NCBI RefSeq assembly: GCF_037042905.1
Contig: NC_087246.1
Span: forward strand, 744,001-808,000
DNA: 64,000 nucleotides
From: Lytechinus pictus
Taxonomy: Eukaryota
Direction: 5' to 3'
The translations under genes and the position numbers were made by a program. Below are positions 61,178 through 64,000 of the stretch, in pieces; position 1 is the stretch's first letter, and every line of letters begins with the position of its first letter. The notes under the pieces were generated by a model that searched no databases, was not told the DNA's origin, and saw only the letters and a program-made list of their open reading frames with translations.

Positions 61178-62517
61178 GGCTGCGTTTATGCGACCTCAAG
61201 CCAGAATCATGATTTGAATCATGATTTGAATCATGATTCAAAACACAAACATGAATCACAATATCACAGAATCAGCGTTTAGACGACCTTCATTCCAATG
61301 CTGTTTCTCCTCAGATTCGGGCCAATCCAGTGCGCATCACTAGTGCGCAGTTTGACAGAGGAAGTTTTTCGCACGTGTTTCGGCTCTCGAAAAATATTTT
61401 GCTTCTAGAATTCAGTCTATACCTCATCATTTTGTTTACTTCTATCATATAGGGTCCATATGCTTCTATTCATCTTGTTAGTTTATCCAAAATGGTGTTC
61501 GGAAGTGAATTTCAGCGTAGATCCAATTTAATATTGATACTGTATACTCAACAACAACTGAGATCATTGTCTGTCCAGTTAATTCATTTACTAGAACTTG
61601 AAGTTGAAGACATGACCAAAAAATTAACAGTAGTGGACGATGCGATGACCAACACAGAACTCGAACATGACAAGAAATGCATGCATAGTACATAATCATG
61701 TACATACAATGATCATATAGAGCGCCTTGAGCTTGGCGATAGTCAAACCGAAAGTAGCCTTAGGCTGCGTTTATGCGACCTCAAGCCAGAATCATGATTT
61801 GAATCATGATTTGAATCATGATTCAAAACACAAACATGAATCACAATATCACAGAATCAGCGTTTAGACGACCTTCATTCCAATGCTGTTTCTCCTCAGA
61901 TTCGGGCCAATCCAGTGCGCATCACTAGTGCGCAGTTTGACAGAGGAAGTTTTTCGCACGTGTTTCGGCTCTCGAAAATTCTTTTGCTTCCATCAGAATT
62001 CAGTCTATACCTCATTTTGTTTACTTCTATCATAAAGGGTCCATATGCTTCTATTCATCTTGTTAGTTTATCCAAAATGGTGTTCGGAAGTGAATTTCAG
62101 CGTAGATCCAATTTGATATTGATACTGTATACTCAACAACAACTGAGATCATTGTCTGTCCAGTTAATGACCAACACAGAACTTGAACATGACAAGAAAT
62201 GAATTCATAGTCATGTACATACAATGAGCATATAGAGCGCCTTGAGCTTGGCAAGAGTCAAACCGAAAGTAGCCCGACACAACAGTGAGGTCATATAATC
62301 ATGATTGTAATCACGATATCGTTTATTCGAACATTTTCGTACGTGATTCTGCAGAAACGTCTTTCCAAACGCCCCTTTTTTCGTGTTTCATGTTTGTGAT
62401 TCTAATCATGATTATATTCAATTTCGACTAAACGCAATCGTGATTCTGCAGAATCATGATTTGAATCATGATTCAAATCATGATTCTAGGGTAAAAAAGT
62501 GGCGGATAAACGCACCC
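61178..62517. mobile_element. Harbinger-like MITE with a tandem duplication of its left ~580 bp
   Basis: TAG-GGCTGCGTTTAT...ATAAACGCACCC-TAG; second left end at 61763; GAATCATGATTT repeats. Confidence 0.7.
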
Positions 62518-62797
62518 TAGGACTCTCGTCATCACCATTGTCCAGCTTGTGCATCATAAGCAGAGTTCCTTCCGATTCCCTAATGGCATCTCCTTTCTCA
62601 ATGGGAACTCTGGAGATGAACAAATTAAAGATCAATCATGCCACTGCTGCTTGCTAAAAAAGGCAAGGTTTTATGATGTGCTGTCCGTGTTTTCCTGAAT
62701 TGTGATCATGCTTTAACCTTCTCTAATGAGAGCTCATCTTTTCATAAATATTACAAATAGACATAGCTCCAAAATACTATATACAGTATTAGTATGG

Positions 62798-63251
62798 GCC
62801 GGGGGGGGGGGGGGAGCCAGTCAGATATATTGCTGTACACACGCATGACCAAGTAATTTCCAAACACCCCCTAAACAAGTTTTTCTCTGTGTGCAAAATA
62901 ACCCCCTAAACAAGTTTTTCGTGGGCTTTATTTACACATTTTGGCCCCTAAACAAGTCGCCAAAATATGACCTCGGAGGAAAAAGCTTGGGGAAAAAACA
63001 TACCCTAAACACGTTTGGCTCGTCTTTACAAAAAAAAAGCTTTGGGGAAAAAATATACCCTAAATATGTTTGGACCCGCGATTGACCATTGACCAGGCTT
63101 TCAAAACCACCCTTTTTCTTGAAAATCAGTGTTTTTGATACCCTTAACGAGTCCACACGTGGACCGCGTCCAAAACTGAAAAAACACTCCTTTAAACGCA
63201 TTTTTTTGGTCACGCGTGTGTACAGCAATATATTTGACTGCCCCCCCCCCC
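62798..63251. mobile_element. MITE with poly-G/poly-C termini
   Basis: TIR CAGTCAGATATATTGCTGTACACACGCATGACCA, with its inverse at ~63207-63240. Confidence 0.7.
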
Positions 63252-63287
63252 TTGGAGTATGGGTAGGAGTACAGATATGGATATTAA

Positions 63288-63871
63288 AGGAGAATTAAAC
63301 TCTTGGAGCAAGTTAGCTTTTGTGAAAGCAGAAAAATCAAAGAATAAGATCAACAAAAGTTTGAGTAAAATAGGACTAGCAATAGAAGAGTTATGAGCAT
63401 TTTAATGTAGAGATCACTAATGCTATGGAGATCCTCCCATTGGCAACGCAACCAAGATCTATGATATCACAGATGAACAACTCTCCCCTTTTGGACACTG
63501 AAAATATACCCCAAAACATCTCTTTTTGCTCATTCTAATCATATGACAAACGATTCATCAATGATATAATGTTGTGAAACCTCTGTACTTGTCCTCTCAT
63601 AAAGAGAACACCTCACCTTGTGATAGACTCTATAAAAGTGAGAATATAAGTGAAATAAGTACTAAAGTAATGAGGGAGTTGTACGTGTGTGACATCACAG
63701 ATCTTGGTCGCATTGCCAATGGGAGGATCTACATGGCATTAGTGATCTCAATATTCAAATACTCATAACTTTCTTATTATTCATTCAATCTTCCTCAAAC
63801 TTTCAACAATCTGTTTCTTTGATTTTTCTCTTTGATATGGATTCAGCTGGTTTCAAGGGTTTCATTCCCCT
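63288..63871. mobile_element. Kolobok-like MITE with TTAA duplication
   Basis: Inverted, highly similar copy of 46267-46849. Confidence 0.8.
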
Positions 63872-64000
63872 TTAAGAGAGATTGAAGGAGATATCATTAT
63901 CATTTTGTTTATGCACATGGAGATGTAAGCACAATTGAATTAGTATAGACTAGAGGAATCGACATTAAAACTTTGTATTATAACTTGTGTCAAACATGGC

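Noticed and set aside
60780..62750. Coding-like sequence flanking the Harbinger-like MITE
   Set aside because: Stops in all frames and no identifiable domain.

Overview
AT-rich metazoan genomic DNA with spliceosomal introns, SINEs and MITEs. The repeat style suggests a marine invertebrate such as an echinoderm, but that is only an impression. (1) 1450-20377 is an ~18.9 kb composite insertion built almost entirely from pieces of one Gypsy/Ty3 LTR-retrotransposon family. It contains one near-full-length copy on the - strand (gag, pro, RT-RH-IN), two inverted IN/3'UTR copies and about 12 LTR fragments in both orientations, from several sequence variants, joined by microhomologies and fold-backs. 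A 355-bp direct duplication of host DNA flanks it. Many LTR ends keep the unprocessed AAC spacer, and two carry a 17-nt copy of the tRNA-Leu primer that differs from the element's own PBS. This reads as a concatemer of reverse-transcription intermediates captured at one site. The U5 terminus also resembles the 5' end of that same tRNA. (2) 22926-36356 is a complete 16-coding-exon kinesin-10 gene (KIF22/KID, ~630 aa). (3) 36.4-64 kb has no gene I can support and holds MITEs, SINEs, a probable solo LTR and Penelope-like hammerhead remnants. All calls come from manual reading; no searches were run.
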